This document shows, piece by piece, positions 18,110-28,148 of a stretch of 64,000 nucleotides of DNA. This stretch comes from Alphaproteobacteria bacterium (lineage in GTDB: Bacteria; Pseudomonadota; Alphaproteobacteria; JABAAW01; JAHZMA01), in the NCBI GenBank assembly GCA_022599575.1, contig JAHZMA010000061.1:4480-68479 (forward strand), written 5' to 3'. The notes under the pieces are model-generated. The model saw only the letters and a program-made list of their open reading frames with translations, did no database searches and was not told the DNA's origin. The translations under genes were made by a program, and so were the position numbers. Within the stretch, counting starts at the first letter, position 1, and every line of letters starts with the position of its first letter.

Positions 18110-21100
18110 TTAACTACAACCCGTTGTTTGACCGCAAGTCATGCATGTCATACATGTGCCCGTGCGAACCAATGTAAGATACCCGCAACCCACACAAGCA
18201 TCGCCCTCATAAGAATCAATCGCTGTTTGCGCCAATATTTCTTCTTCATTTTCCGAAATAACATCTTTTTGTATATTTTTTGAAGGAGGCGCAACCGAAT
18301 CAGGTGATACCGAAGGCATATTATTATCGCTTAACAACTGTTTGATATAACCGCTTGAAACAAATTTTTCCATACTATACACATCATCTAACCGCCCTTC
18401 GCGATGCCCCTCGCCTAAACCATGTAAATCACCGGTGGCTGGCTGTTGTTGCATCAAATCTTCGCGTCCTAAATAGCTAATGGCCAATTCCCTGAAAATA
18501 TAGTCAAGAATCGACGTTGCGCTTTTAATCGAATCATTGCCTTGTACAAACCCACCTGGTTCAAATCGCGTTAAAATAAAAGCATCAACAAATTCACGTA
18601 ATGGCACGCCATATTGCAAACCAATAGAAACAGCAATCGCGAAATTATTCATCATTGACCTGAATGCCGCGCCTTCTTTGTGCATATCAATGAAAATTTC
18701 GCCACACGAACCATCATCATATTCGCCCGTATGCAAATAGACTTTATGCCCACCAACGATTGCTTTTTGCGTATAGCCTTTGCGCCGTGCTGGCAAGCGT
18801 TTGCGTTGCTTATGTTCGGCAACTTCCATTTCTTGATTGCTTTTTGTTGTCATCAGTGCCATTTTTTTCGCAATTTTCATAATAATTTCATTGCTGATAT
18901 TCTCTGAATCGGTCGATATATCAACATCAACATCATTTACCAGCGAACTCATCAGAGGCTGGCTGAGTTTAGAGCCATCACGATAAAGCGCATTGGCTTT
19001 TAGACCTAGCTCCCACGATAGTCGATAAGCATTGAGGCAATCAATAATTGTCGCATGATTCGGCATATTAATGGTTTTAGAAATTGCACCGCTAATAAAG
19101 GGTTGCGCTGCTGCCATCATGCGGATATGCCCCTCAGCCAATAAAAATCTTTTGCCATTGCCACACGCATTGGCGCAATCAAACACTGGCAAATCTTTTT
19201 CTTTTAATGCTGGCGCACCTTCAATCCCCATCGTGCCACAAATCACACGATTCGCTTCGTTAATCTGTGTTGGTGTAAAGCCTAGTGCTTTTAAAATATC
19301 AAACTCTTTGGCATCTAATTTTAGCTGTTTTTGCACAAATTCTTCACCTAAATTGAATGGTGTGAACAACCCACGCAAATGAAATGTGCCTTCCAAACGC
19401 GATTCTAGCGAATCAATCAGCGCATCGCCAAACCCTTTTGCCCGAAGACTCTCACGATTAATATGTGGCGCATCGCTAAATGTTTGCGTGCCATTGATAT
19501 AATCAACAATTTGCGTGATTTGCTGTTCGCCATAACCTAAATTTTGCAAAGCGGTTGGCACAGCTGAATTAATCATTTTCAAAATACCACCACCAGCAAG
19601 TTTTTTCACCTTTACCAGTGCAAAATCAGGCTCGATACCCGTGGTCGCGCAATCCATCACGATACCAATCGTGCCAGTGGGGGCAATAACAGTTACCTGT
19701 GCATTGCGATAACCATGTTTTTCGCCCAATGCCAGCGCATCATTCCACGAATCGATTGCCGCTTGTAATAATTGCTTATCAGCGCAATCATCATGGCGCA
19801 AAGCAACTGGTGTTTTATGTAATTTTTCATAATTCTTAACCTCGCCTAATGCGGCGCGTTGGTGATTGCGAATCACCCGCAACATATCTGGTCCATTTTC
19901 TTTATAGCCTGCAAATGCACCGACTTCTTTTGCCATTTCTGCTGATACCTTATAGCATGTGCCCGTCATTAATGCCGTGACAACACCGCAAAATGCGCGC
20001 CCTTCAGCAGAATCATATGGAATACCAGAAGTCATTAAATAGCCACCAAGATTGGCATAGCCCAACCCCAATGTGCGGTAACGGTAAGAAAGATTTGCAA
20101 TTTCTTTAGATGGGAAATGCGCCATCAATACCGATATTTCTAATGTGATGGTGAATAATCTTGTGGCATGAATGAATTCTTTGGTTTGAAAGGCACCCGT
20201 TTTATCATTGCGAAATTTTAATAAATTGAGCGATGCCAAATTACACGCTGTATCATCTAAAAACATATATTCCGAACAAGGATTTGACGCATTAATCCTG
20301 CCCGATTGTGGACAAGTGTGCCAATCATTAATGGTGGTATCAAACTGCAAACCAGGGTCGGCACTCGCCCATGCGGCATGTCCGATTTGCTCCCATAAAT
20401 CACGCGCTTTTATGGTTTGTAAAACCCTGCCATCGCCACGTGCGGTTAAATTCCAATCTTGGTCTTTATCAACGCTGCGTAAAAATTCATCACTCACCCG
20501 CACGGTATTATTGGCATTTTGCCCCGCAACAGTGGCATAGGCTTCGGAATCCCAATCGGCATCAAGCACTGGAAAATCAATTTGCGTGTAGCCTTGTTTG
20601 GCAAATTGCAACACGCGCTGGATATAATTATCGGGAATCATCGCACGAAGTGCTTCTTGAACCCTTACTTTCAAATGTAGGTTATGATTCGGATCATATT
20701 GGTCATACTCACCTTCAACCCCCAGCTTTTCAGGCGGCGTATTATCATGGCACGCAGCCATGATTCGATTAAGGTGAATGTTATAAATTTTAGAACCCGC
20801 AACCAATGCCGCCACTTTTTGTTCTTCACGATATTTCCAATTGATAAAATCTTCAACATCAGGATGGTCAATATCAACCACCACCATTTTTGCCGCACGT
20901 CTGGTTGTACCGCCCGATTTAATCGCTCCAGCAGAGCGGTCACCCACCTTAAGAAACGACATTAAGCCTGATGATTTACCACCACCAGAAAGATTTTCAC
21001 CCGAACCACGTAGCGATGAAAAATTCGTGCCTGTGCCCGAACCATACTTAAACAAACGTGCCTCGCGCACCCATAAATCCATAATGCCATTTTCATTCAC

Positions 21101-21709
21101 CAAATCATCATTGACCGATTGAATGAAACATGCATGTGGTTGCGGCCGTTCGTAAGCAGAGCTTGATTTTTCTAATTGTTCGGTTTCATGATTCACAAAA
21201 TAATGCCCTTGCGAATTACCCGTAATGCCATAAGCCCAATATAATCCAGTATTAAACCATTGCGGCGAATTTGGGGCAACCATTTGCGTGGCAAGCATAT
21301 AGCGTGCCTCGTCATAATAGGTGCGGGCATCTTCATCAGATGAAAAATAACCGCCCTTAACACCCCAATAGCACCATGTGCCTGCTAGCCTATCAAATAA
21401 TTGCTTGGCACTTACCTCGCCACCATAGGTGAGCTTTTTCGCTTTGGAAGAGGCTTGTGAGCGCCATAAAAATTCAGGCATATCAGCTTCTGGGATTTTT
21501 TCTAAATCCGAAGGCACACCCGCTTTGCGAAAATATTTTTGCGCTAATATATCAGAAGCGATTTGCGACCATGACGCAGGCACCTCAATCTCGTTTTGTT
21601 GAAAGACCAACGTGCCATCAATGTTACGCAATTCTGCTGAAACAAAATGAAACGGAATTGATTCATAAGGGCAGCTGCCCACTTTAGTAAAAACACGTTT
21701 AATCCTCAT
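18110..21709 (-). CDS. nrdJ: Adenosylcobalamin-dependent (class II) ribonucleoside-diphosphate reductase
   Basis: 1199 aa. Blocks [14 protein letters not shown] and GGGSGTNFS-like. Cys-rich C-terminal tail CVGCGY...[18 protein letters not shown]. Confidence 0.9.
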   Translation of the reverse strand: MRIKRVFTKVGSCPYESIPFHFVSAELRNIDGTLVFQQNEIEVPASWSQIASDILAQKYFRKAGVPSDLEKIPEADMPEFLWRSQASSKAKKLTYGGEVSAKQLFDRLAGTWCYWGVKGGYFSSDEDARTYYDEARYMLATQMVAPNSPQWFNTGLYWAYGITGNSQGHYFVNHETEQLEKSSSAYERPQPHACFIQSVNDDLVNENGIMDLWVREARLFKYGSGTGTNFSSLRGSGENLSGGGKSSGLMSFLKVGDRSAGAIKSGGTTRRAAKMVVVDIDHPDVEDFINWKYREEQKVAALVAGSKIYNIHLNRIMAACHDNTPPEKLGVEGEYDQYDPNHNLHLKVRVQEALRAMIPDNYIQRVLQFAKQGYTQIDFPVLDADWDSEAYATVAGQNANNTVRVSDEFLRSVDKDQDWNLTARGDGRVLQTIKARDLWEQIGHAAWASADPGLQFDTTINDWHTCPQSGRINASNPCSEYMFLDDTACNLASLNLLKFRNDKTGAFQTKEFIHATRLFTITLEISVLMAHFPSKEIANLSYRYRTLGLGYANLGGYLMTSGIPYDSAEGRAFCGVVTALMTGTCYKVSAEMAKEVGAFAGYKENGPDMLRVIRNHQRAALGEVKNYEKLHKTPVALRHDDCADKQLLQAAIDSWNDALALGEKHGYRNAQVTVIAPTGTIGIVMDCATTGIEPDFALVKVKKLAGGGILKMINSAVPTALQNLGYGEQQITQIVDYINGTQTFSDAPHINRESLRAKGFGDALIDSLESRLEGTFHLRGLFTPFNLGEEFVQKQLKLDAKEFDILKALGFTPTQINEANRVICGTMGIEGAPALKEKDLPVFDCANACGNGKRFLLAEGHIRMMAAAQPFISGAISKTINMPNHATIIDCLNAYRLSWELGLKANALYRDGSKLSQPLMSSLVNDVDVDISTDSENISNEIIMKIAKKMALMTTKSNQEMEVAEHKQRKRLPARRKGYTQKAIVGGHKVYLHTGEYDDGSCGEIFIDMHKEGAAFRSMMNNFAIAVSIGLQYGVPLREFVDAFILTRFEPGGFVQGNDSIKSATSILDYIFRELAISYLGREDLMQQQPATGDLHGLGEGHREGRLDDVYSMEKFVSSGYIKQLLSDNNMPSVSPDSVAPPSKNIQKDVISENEEEILAQTAIDSYEGDACVGCGYLTLVRTGTCMTCMTCGQTTGCS

Positions 21710-22262
21710 CCGAATAACACCACCTTAAAAAATATTATCACTATTTTCTCACCTTATTACCATCATCACATCATATCATAAAATAAACAGCAGAAAAGCT
21801 GAAAAAGCGTAAAAAACCAACATATCGGAGAATGCGCTAAACCACTATCTTGGATTTTCCAGAATATTTCTATGTTAAGATATTTATCTGATAACAAAAC
21901 TCATGTTATATTATGTGCCATAATTTTTGTTAGCAAAATTTTAGACTTTCCACATCAATTTTTTCAAATCTGGAATTTTCATTGATTTTACAGTAAAATA
22001 ATCCACTCAAACATTGCTTTACCTGTGTATAAAATAACAGCGCATTGTTAATAATTGCAACAGCGTAACAATGGTTGCAATATTTTAACCACAATAGTAA
22101 AATAAGATATGGATAAATGCTCATCATAGAACAGAGCGTTTTATAGATGCCTTGTTGTTGGTAAAACCAAAACAGGTGTCGTGCATCTTTAACCGAAATC
22201 GTATCGTTACTGATGTTTAACTTAAAAACACGATGCTGGCAGAATGCCGAAAAGCGGGGATA

Positions 22263-22904
22263 ATGAAAATGAAAAAATTACTGATTATATCTATTTTGCT
22301 TATTTTAAGCAGTCACAAAGCCTTTGCCAATGATGGGTTTTCAATCTCAATCATTTTAGGCAATGGTTACAGCAACTTTGTTGCACCTGAAACCGAATAT
22401 CCTGACGATTTAAGCGACTTACCCGATAAAACCTATCTATATTCACCCGCTGAAATAGAGAAAAAGTCGCAATGGGATAATACTGCCATCGGTGTACTTT
22501 ACCGTAGCGAACGGCACGCTTTTGAAATTGAAAGCTTTGGTGCGGCAGTGGAAGTTGACTATCGCTATTATGCGACTGGCGGTAGTAGCGGTCAAGATGG
22601 CACTTTTACTTATAGTTTTTCGGGCATTGGTCTTTCTTACCTCTATTACCCAAGAGCATTTGCAGGACCCAACAGCCTACAACCTTATATCCGCGTTGGT
22701 CGTTCAACCTATACTTACGAAATCACAGATTCTATAGATTCAAATAATAATGATTCGCTAGATGCATCAGGACAAATTATAGGCGGTGGTGTTGAGTTTT
22801 ACCTTAATAATGCAATGAGCATTATTGCTGGCATACGTTTCTATACGACACATTTAGGTGAGGATTTCTTCTTTAACGATTTCGGGATACGCGTTAGCTT
22901 TTAA
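22263..22904 (+). CDS. Outer-membrane beta-barrel (OmpA-like barrel/OmpW-type) protein
   Basis: I moved the start to MKMKKLL (GGGGA RBS). Signal peptide ending KAFA. Ends ...FGIRVSF. Confidence 0.6.
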   Translation: MKMKKLLIISILLILSSHKAFANDGFSISIILGNGYSNFVAPETEYPDDLSDLPDKTYLYSPAEIEKKSQWDNTAIGVLYRSERHAFEIESFGAAVEVDYRYYATGGSSGQDGTFTYSFSGIGLSYLYYPRAFAGPNSLQPYIRVGRSTYTYEITDSIDSNNNDSLDASGQIIGGGVEFYLNNAMSIIAGIRFYTTHLGEDFFFNDFGIRVSF

Positions 22905-22934
22905 GTTGTTTTTCATATTATCCCCGTATTTTTT

Positions 22935-22976
22935 CATGTAGGCTTGTGATTTTACTGCAAGCCTGCATGTATTTTA
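22935..22976 (+). terminator. Rho-independent terminator candidate
   Basis: Stem CATGTAGGCTTG / CAAGCCTGCATG with one mismatch, followed by TATTTTA. Confidence 0.5.
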
Positions 22977-23079
22977 GGCAATATTGCAAGAAATAAGTGA
23001 TTTGATATTGATTTTTGTGGTAATTTTCATTATCGTAGCTATCAATATAAATTATGTAAATGTTTTGTTAGAATAGGCG

Positions 23080-23502
23080 ATGACAACCAGTATTACCCGC
23101 ATCATAACTTTGTTTAACGGCAAATGGGTCGGACAAGATAGTGTTGGCAATCACTATTATGAACATAAACGTGTGCCTAGCAAGGGCAAACGCAAGCGTT
23201 GGGTGATTTATGGTAAGGATAGTGGTGCGATAACAAATAATACCAGCATAGATGATTCCAAAAGAAATGACCCCAGCAATGTTGCGCCAAACTGGCATCG
23301 TTGGTTGCACTATGGAACGAATGAATTACCAAAAACTAACGATAACACCTATCGGTGGGAGCAAAAGCCACAAGCCAATATTACTGGCACCAGTGCTGCG
23401 CTTTACCCTGATGCAAAATTACCCGGGAAAGAAGCGGTGATAGCGGGCTATCAGGCATGGCGTCCCGATGTTAATAACAAAAAACTCAAAGGATATTCTT
23501 AA
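23080..23502 (+). CDS. NADH:ubiquinone oxidoreductase subunit NDUFA12-family protein
   Basis: GNHYYE, KRKRWVIY and WHRWLHY motifs diagnostic of NDUFA12 homologues. An insertion lies between the last two. Confidence 0.8.
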   Translation: MTTSITRIITLFNGKWVGQDSVGNHYYEHKRVPSKGKRKRWVIYGKDSGAITNNTSIDDSKRNDPSNVAPNWHRWLHYGTNELPKTNDNTYRWEQKPQANITGTSAALYPDAKLPGKEAVIAGYQAWRPDVNNKKLKGYS

Positions 23503-23978
23503 TGATGAATGCCGACAAACAAAAGAATTTCTGGGCGGGCGCGATTTTCGTATCACTGCTTGCTATTGTGCTGTTGCAAAATTTCCGTGCTGATAGTTTC
23601 TCAGAAGATAATTTACTAGGCTATCCCTTATATGCACGCTTTTCGGATGTAGGCGGGCTTAATAGTGGTGCGCGTGTATTGCTGGCAGGCGTTGATGTGG
23701 GGCGCGTTGTGGGGTTAGAGCTTAATCCTAATAATCTTTCTATCAATGTGGCGATGGATATTTATTCTGATATTGGGTTACCGCTTGATAGCTCTATTGC
23801 CATTATCAGTAGCGGCATTTTTGGGTCGAAATATCTCGCAATTTATCCGGGTGCAGAATTTGATGTGATGCAATCTGGCGATCAATTTGATTATACAAAT
23901 AACTCAGTAGATGTGATGGGCATTATGGAAAGTGTTATTCTCAGTGCTGAAAAGAAAATTAATGAAAGAAGGAACTAA
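23502..23978 (+). CDS. mlaD: MlaD/MCE-domain outer-membrane lipid asymmetry protein, copy 1
   Basis: N-terminal TM anchor followed by an MCE fold (GL..GA.V..AGV.VGRV). Its start overlaps the NDUFA12 stop (TAATG). Confidence 0.7.
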   Translation: MMNADKQKNFWAGAIFVSLLAIVLLQNFRADSFSEDNLLGYPLYARFSDVGGLNSGARVLLAGVDVGRVVGLELNPNNLSINVAMDIYSDIGLPLDSSIAIISSGIFGSKYLAIYPGAEFDVMQSGDQFDYTNNSVDVMGIMESVILSAEKKINERRN

Positions 23979-23981
23979 ATT

Positions 23982-24443
23982 ATGGTGAAACAAAGATGGT
24001 TTGAAATATTATTAGGTGGTGCGGTTTTTGGAATCGCAATCTTCTTTTTAGTATGGGCAAATGCCAACACAAATGGTTCTAAAGAAGGAACAGTGCAACG
24101 AATCGTAGCAGATTTTACATCTATCAAAGGTTTGCGTGTGGGTAATGATGTTAGAATCGGTGGCGTGAAAATTGGCTCGGTTGAAAAACTTGCCATTAAC
24201 CCTGATACATTCCAAGCGCAAGTAACGATGGCTATCCGTAATGATGTGCTTTTGCCAACCGATACTGCGGTGGCTATTATTAGCGATGGGCTATTAGGCG
24301 GTGCTTATATGCGTGTTAACCCCGGTAGTGACGCACAAAAAATTGCTGATGGTGGTAAATTCACAATTATTGAGCAATCGGCAACATTGGAAGAATTATT
24401 AGGCAAAGCGGTTTTCATTATTTCTGAAACTTCTTCGGAGTAA
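23982..24443 (+). CDS. mlaD: MlaD/MCE-domain protein, copy 2
   Basis: Same architecture (GLRVGNDVRIGGVKIGSV). It begins 3 nt after copy 1. Confidence 0.7.
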   Translation: MVKQRWFEILLGGAVFGIAIFFLVWANANTNGSKEGTVQRIVADFTSIKGLRVGNDVRIGGVKIGSVEKLAINPDTFQAQVTMAIRNDVLLPTDTAVAIISDGLLGGAYMRVNPGSDAQKIADGGKFTIIEQSATLEELLGKAVFIISETSSE

Positions 24444-24508
24444 TATTAATCACCGTGATTGCGATAATGTTTTTGCGGTGATAAGATTTTTTTGCAAATG
24501 GTGATTTA

Positions 24509-25042
24509 ATGCAATTTTCTCGTTTTATTTTGCCTTGTCTTATCTGCGGAATATTATTATCTGCCAATAATGCTATGGCACAAGATGTTGGTAAGAGTAC
24601 CCCTATCGTTTTATTACAAGGGTTAGACCGCACCACTGCGCGTACTTCCAGTTTTGAGGTCGCGCGCAATAAAAGCGTGTTTTTCGGACGGTTAGAAATT
24701 TACATGCGCTATTGCAAAAAATCCGAACCCACAGAAGTTCCCGATAACACTGCCTTTTTAGAAATTTATGAATATCCGCTAACCAGACGTGGCATTATCG
24801 CACAATCCTTGCGCGAGGCTGAGTTGAAGGATATTGCAGAAAATGTGGGCGAGCAAGAGAGATTATCGCGTAAATTAAAGCGCGAAAAATTTATTATCGA
24901 GGAATATGGCGCGGAAATCTTGCAAGAAGCGTTTGAGCCGACCCGTGTTTTTTCAGGTTGGATGGTATCGTCAAGCCCGCCACTCAATCCACTGGAACAT
25001 CCCGTTTATGATGTGTGGGTGAGTAGCTGTTTGCAAAAATAG
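24509..25042 (+). CDS. DUF2155-domain periplasmic protein
   Basis: Signal peptide. The block RLEIYMRYC...AFLEIYE and the position after NDUFA12-MlaD match the conserved alphaproteobacterial arrangement. Confidence 0.6.
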   Translation: MQFSRFILPCLICGILLSANNAMAQDVGKSTPIVLLQGLDRTTARTSSFEVARNKSVFFGRLEIYMRYCKKSEPTEVPDNTAFLEIYEYPLTRRGIIAQSLREAELKDIAENVGEQERLSRKLKREKFIIEEYGAEILQEAFEPTRVFSGWMVSSSPPLNPLEHPVYDVWVSSCLQK

Positions 25043-25120
25043 GGTTGCTTTTACGATAACCCTGACTATAATCAGTTTTTTACGAATCGGTTTTGCGATT
25101 TTTATGAAGCGGTTTTTTAT

Positions 25121-25197
25121 GGCGGAGTAGCTCAGTCGGTTAGAGCAGTGGAATCATAATCCATGTGTCGGGGGTTCGAATCCCTCTTCCGCCACCA
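25121..25197 (+). tRNA. tRNA-Met (anticodon CAU; elongator type, lysidine-modified tRNA-Ile2 not excluded)
   Basis: Folded by hand. Acceptor stem GGCGGAG/TTCCGCC, D arm GCTC..GAGC, anticodon loop ATCATAA, T loop GGTTCGAATCC, encoded CCA. G1-C72 is paired, so it is not an initiator. Confidence 0.9.
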
Positions 25198-25242
25198 GCA
25201 ATCTAGCAAAGCATACCACTCTTTTGTTAATTAACCCCTGCC

Positions 25243-25302
25243 ACACGCACGATTTCAGTATTGAGTAACCTGACACGCACCTTATGAGTATTGAGTAACA
25301 GC
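25243..25302 (+). repeat. Two tandem 30-nt units (ACACGCAC-N6-AGTATTGAGTAAC)
   Basis: Period-30 repeat read directly: 25243-25272 versus 25273-25302. Confidence 0.8.
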
Positions 25303-25316
25303 GGGGGGTTATCAAG
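25286..25316 (-). repeat. Inverted copy of the CTTGATAA-C6-GC..TTACTCAATACT element
   Basis: The reverse complement reads cttgataaccccccgctgttactcaatactc, matching the copies at 25489-25519 and 25617-25647. Confidence 0.8.
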
Positions 25317-25479
25317 ACTTGCACCATCGCTAGTGTTAAACACCTCTAAAAACGCACTCCTCTTTTTGTATTGAATATAGCGGTGGGGGGTATGGGGGGC
25401 GTCATCGCGTGGCAAATGGCTTTTGCCAGATTTGCCAAAGCGTATGTCGCAAAGCCCCCCATATATTAATGGGAATCGC

Positions 25480-25519
25480 CGTACCCCCCTTGATAATCCC
25501 CCCGCCTTACTCAATACTG
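25480..25519 (+). repeat. Direct copy 1 of CGTA-C6-TTGATAAT-C6-GC..TTACTCAA element
   Basis: 26 nt identical to 25608-25633, followed by the shared TTACTCAA. Confidence 0.85.
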
Positions 25520-25607
25520 GCAGAGGTGCATGTCTCTATAGCGTTTATGGTATCAAGGGGGGTGCGGACGCGCTTCTCGGTCGCGAGGGCAAGCCCGCTC
25601 CCTTGCG

Positions 25608-25647
25608 CGTACCCCCCTTGATAATCCCCCCGCTATTACTCAACATT
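25608..25647 (+). repeat. Direct copy 2 of CGTA-C6-TTGATAAT-C6-GC..TTACTCAA element
   Basis: See the 25480-25519 entry. The copies are spaced 128 nt apart. Confidence 0.85.
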
Positions 25648-25699
25648 AACGCTAGCGCAAGTCTTGATACACCAAACCATTATATGATACGATTAACCC

Positions 25700-26716
25700 A
25701 TGACCACACCATCGCGTAATAAAACCATCAGCATCACTGATACCGAGCAACAAAAATTGCAAGCAAAATTGCAAACGGATATTAATGTTGCCCATGTCAA
25801 TGCCGATAGTACCCCAAAGAATCAATTAATATTAGGTGATTTTTTTACCCTTGCGCCCAAATTGCCTAAAAATTTTGTTGATTTGCTGATTTTAGATCCG
25901 CCCTATAATCTTGCCAAAAAATTCGGCGATAATGCGTTTAAGCAAATGAGTATCGATGATTATAGCGACTATATTGATAATATTTTACGCTTGCTTATCC
26001 CCTGCCTAAAGCCCACTGCCAGCATTTATTTATGCGGTGATTGGTTAAGTTCAACCTCGCTGCATCAGGTGGCAAGCCGTTATTTTCATATCCGCAACCG
26101 CATCACATGGCAACGCGAAAAGGGGCGCGGTGCCAAAAGTAACTGGAAAAACGCGCATGAGGATATTTGGTTCTGCACGCAATCGGCTAATTTCACCTTT
26201 AATGTGGATTTGGTGAAAACCCGCAAGAAAGTTATCGCGCCCTATCGCGTGGATGGCAAACCAAAAGATTGGCAAGAAACCGAACAGGGTAATTTTCGCG
26301 ATACCCACCCATCAAATTTCTGGGACGATATAACCGTGCCCTATTGGTCGATGGCAGAAAACACCAACCACCCCACCCAAAAACCTGAGAAATTAATGGC
26401 GAAATTGATTCTTGCCAGCAGCCAAAAAGGCGATATGGTGCTTGACCCCTTTATGGGCGTTGGCACATCTTGCGTGGTGGCAAAAAAATTAGAACGCCAT
26501 TATTTGGGGTTTGAGATTGACCCTTATTATGCCTGCGTAGCACAGAAAAGAATTGACCTAGCACAGAAAAGAATCGATTCGATTGATGATGCTGATGATG
26601 CACAACCCACCATACAGGGCTATCATGATGGCGTGTTTTGGGAACGTAATAGCCTAAACAAAAAACTAAAGCGTAAAAATCTTATTGGGATTCAGGATAT
26701 TATCGGGGTCGAATGA
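25700..26716 (+). CDS. Solitary beta-class N6-adenine/N4-cytosine DNA methyltransferase
   Basis: Motif IV DPPYN comes before motif I DPFMGVGTS, and the HPTQKP block is present. No restriction gene lies on either side. No obvious RBS. Internal 21-nt imperfect duplication (AQKRID x2). Confidence 0.8.
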   Translation: MTTPSRNKTISITDTEQQKLQAKLQTDINVAHVNADSTPKNQLILGDFFTLAPKLPKNFVDLLILDPPYNLAKKFGDNAFKQMSIDDYSDYIDNILRLLIPCLKPTASIYLCGDWLSSTSLHQVASRYFHIRNRITWQREKGRGAKSNWKNAHEDIWFCTQSANFTFNVDLVKTRKKVIAPYRVDGKPKDWQETEQGNFRDTHPSNFWDDITVPYWSMAENTNHPTQKPEKLMAKLILASSQKGDMVLDPFMGVGTSCVVAKKLERHYLGFEIDPYYACVAQKRIDLAQKRIDSIDDADDAQPTIQGYHDGVFWERNSLNKKLKRKNLIGIQDIIGVE

Positions 26717-28042
26717 TTGCTTAATCAACCGCATCCACGGGATTAAATCGGGATGTTGCTTTTGCAAATAAGCAATCTTACCCATACCGATGCCATGTTC
26801 GCCCGTGCAAGTGCCGCCATTTCTAATCGCAATATCGCTGATAGTGCCTACCAATTTTTTAGCGCGGATAATCATCAAATCATCATTGGGAATCATGAGT
26901 TGCACATGAAAATTACCATCGCCCATATGCCCCACAATCGGCCCTTGCAAACCGCTTTTTGCCAATTCATCATGCACTTCTAGCAATGTATCTACCAGCC
27001 TATCGGGTGGCACACATGAATCGGTAATCATCGCCTGTATGGTATCAGCACTTGCCCCTGACTTACGACTGGCAAAAGCGCGTGCCGCATAAAAGGCATT
27101 ATGCCTTGCCTGCCATAATATTTTGCGCTCCTGTTCATTATCAGCAATTTTATGATTAAAGCCGTGATTATCCGCAATCAATTGCGCGATAAATTCGCTC
27201 TGTTCGGTAACGCTCCGCAAACCGCCACTCACTTCCAAAAAAAGAGTATCTTTTTTATCAAAGCCCGCAAGCCCCGAATAGGCGATAGATGCTTCCATCT
27301 GCAACGCATCAAGCAATTCAATGCGCGCCATCATCATGCCCGTTTGCATCAATTCCGATACCAGTTGAGCGGCATCATTAATCTTGTTAAATTGCGCGCT
27401 TATCACCACAATATGTTCAGGGATAGGGTGCAGTTTTACCAATAATTCAGTGATAACCCCTAACGTGCCTTCCGCGCCAATAAACAGATGCGTTAAATCG
27501 TAACCAGCCGATGATTTGCGCGCCGCTGTACCTGTTTCAATCACCGCGCCATTTGCCATTACCACCTGCATCGCCATTACATTTTGCTTAATCGTGCCAT
27601 AGCGCACCGCATTTGTGCCCGATGCGCTGGTAGAAGCCATACCACCAATGGTGGCTTGCGAGCCTGGGTCAACCGAAAAAAACAACCCCTTATCGCGCAA
27701 AAAATGATTCAGCTGTTGCCGTGTTACGCCCGCTTCAACCCGTGCCGTCATGTTATGTTCAGAAATATTGATAATCTGGTTCATTGCCGATAAATCAAGC
27801 GAAATGCCCGCTTCAACTGGCACAACATGCCCTTCTAAAGATGTGCCTGCACCGAATGGGGTGAGTTTGATTTTATTGTCGCGGCAATAATTAACGGTTT
27901 TCACCACATCATCTAAACAATCAGCCTTCACCACCGCATCGGCAATTTTGCCGCTTTTGCCATCCTCACCATGCGAGTGACTTTGCCTCGCATTCAAATT
28001 ATCATCATATTTATCACCCAATAGGGTGCATAATTTTTCCAT
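26666..28042 (-). CDS. FAD-linked oxidase (GlcD / D-lactate dehydrogenase family)
   Basis: FAD-binding PCMH-type N-domain (GAGTSLEGH) and C-terminal GTCTGEHGIG motif. Confidence 0.8.
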   Translation of the reverse strand: MEKLCTLLGDKYDDNLNARQSHSHGEDGKSGKIADAVVKADCLDDVVKTVNYCRDNKIKLTPFGAGTSLEGHVVPVEAGISLDLSAMNQIINISEHNMTARVEAGVTRQQLNHFLRDKGLFFSVDPGSQATIGGMASTSASGTNAVRYGTIKQNVMAMQVVMANGAVIETGTAARKSSAGYDLTHLFIGAEGTLGVITELLVKLHPIPEHIVVISAQFNKINDAAQLVSELMQTGMMMARIELLDALQMEASIAYSGLAGFDKKDTLFLEVSGGLRSVTEQSEFIAQLIADNHGFNHKIADNEQERKILWQARHNAFYAARAFASRKSGASADTIQAMITDSCVPPDRLVDTLLEVHDELAKSGLQGPIVGHMGDGNFHVQLMIPNDDLMIIRAKKLVGTISDIAIRNGGTCTGEHGIGMGKIAYLQKQHPDLIPWMRLIKQSFDPDNILNPNKIFTL

Positions 28043-28148
28043 TACAATCTTCCATTAAAATATCAATCATATCAACCCATATTGTAACAAATATATGATA
28101 AAGTAAAATAGCTATTTCATTGCTATGTAAAAAAGACTACAAAATATT

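Noticed and set aside
21710-21930. Cobalamin riboswitch upstream of the B12-dependent nrdJ
   Set aside because: No B12-box-like GCCACTG core or GC-rich multi-stem structure is visible. The leader is extremely AT-rich.
21930-22127. A 65-aa ORF in the nrdJ / OMP intergenic region
   Set aside because: No RBS, and a Cys/Tyr/Leu-rich low-complexity product. It is more likely divergent promoter space. I cannot exclude a small membrane peptide.
25243-25669. Possible CRISPR array or tmRNA/other known ncRNA in the repeat block
   Set aside because: The repeats occur in mixed orientation with irregular spacing (30, 128 and about 190 nt) and are not separated by uniform spacers, so this is not CRISPR-like. 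There is no second T-arm (GGTTCGA-type) or tag-like reading frame for a two-piece tmRNA. I saw no RNase P, SRP or 6S signatures.
25227-25719. Three ORFs of 70-98 aa (25227-25514 minus, 25409-25621 plus, 25423-25719 plus) inside the repeat block after tRNA-Met
   Set aside because: Their translations are Pro/Leu/Gly-rich products of the G6/C6 runs and repeats (for example the repeated LLNT and PPLIIPP). They overlap each other in different frames, have no RBS and show no recognisable domain. I treat the region as non-coding.
25198-26716. An intact integrative element at tRNA-Met (integrase, attL/attR)
   Set aside because: There is no integrase or excisionase ORF, and I could find no direct repeat of the tRNA 3' end downstream. 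At most this is a decayed remnant, and it is reported as such in the findings.
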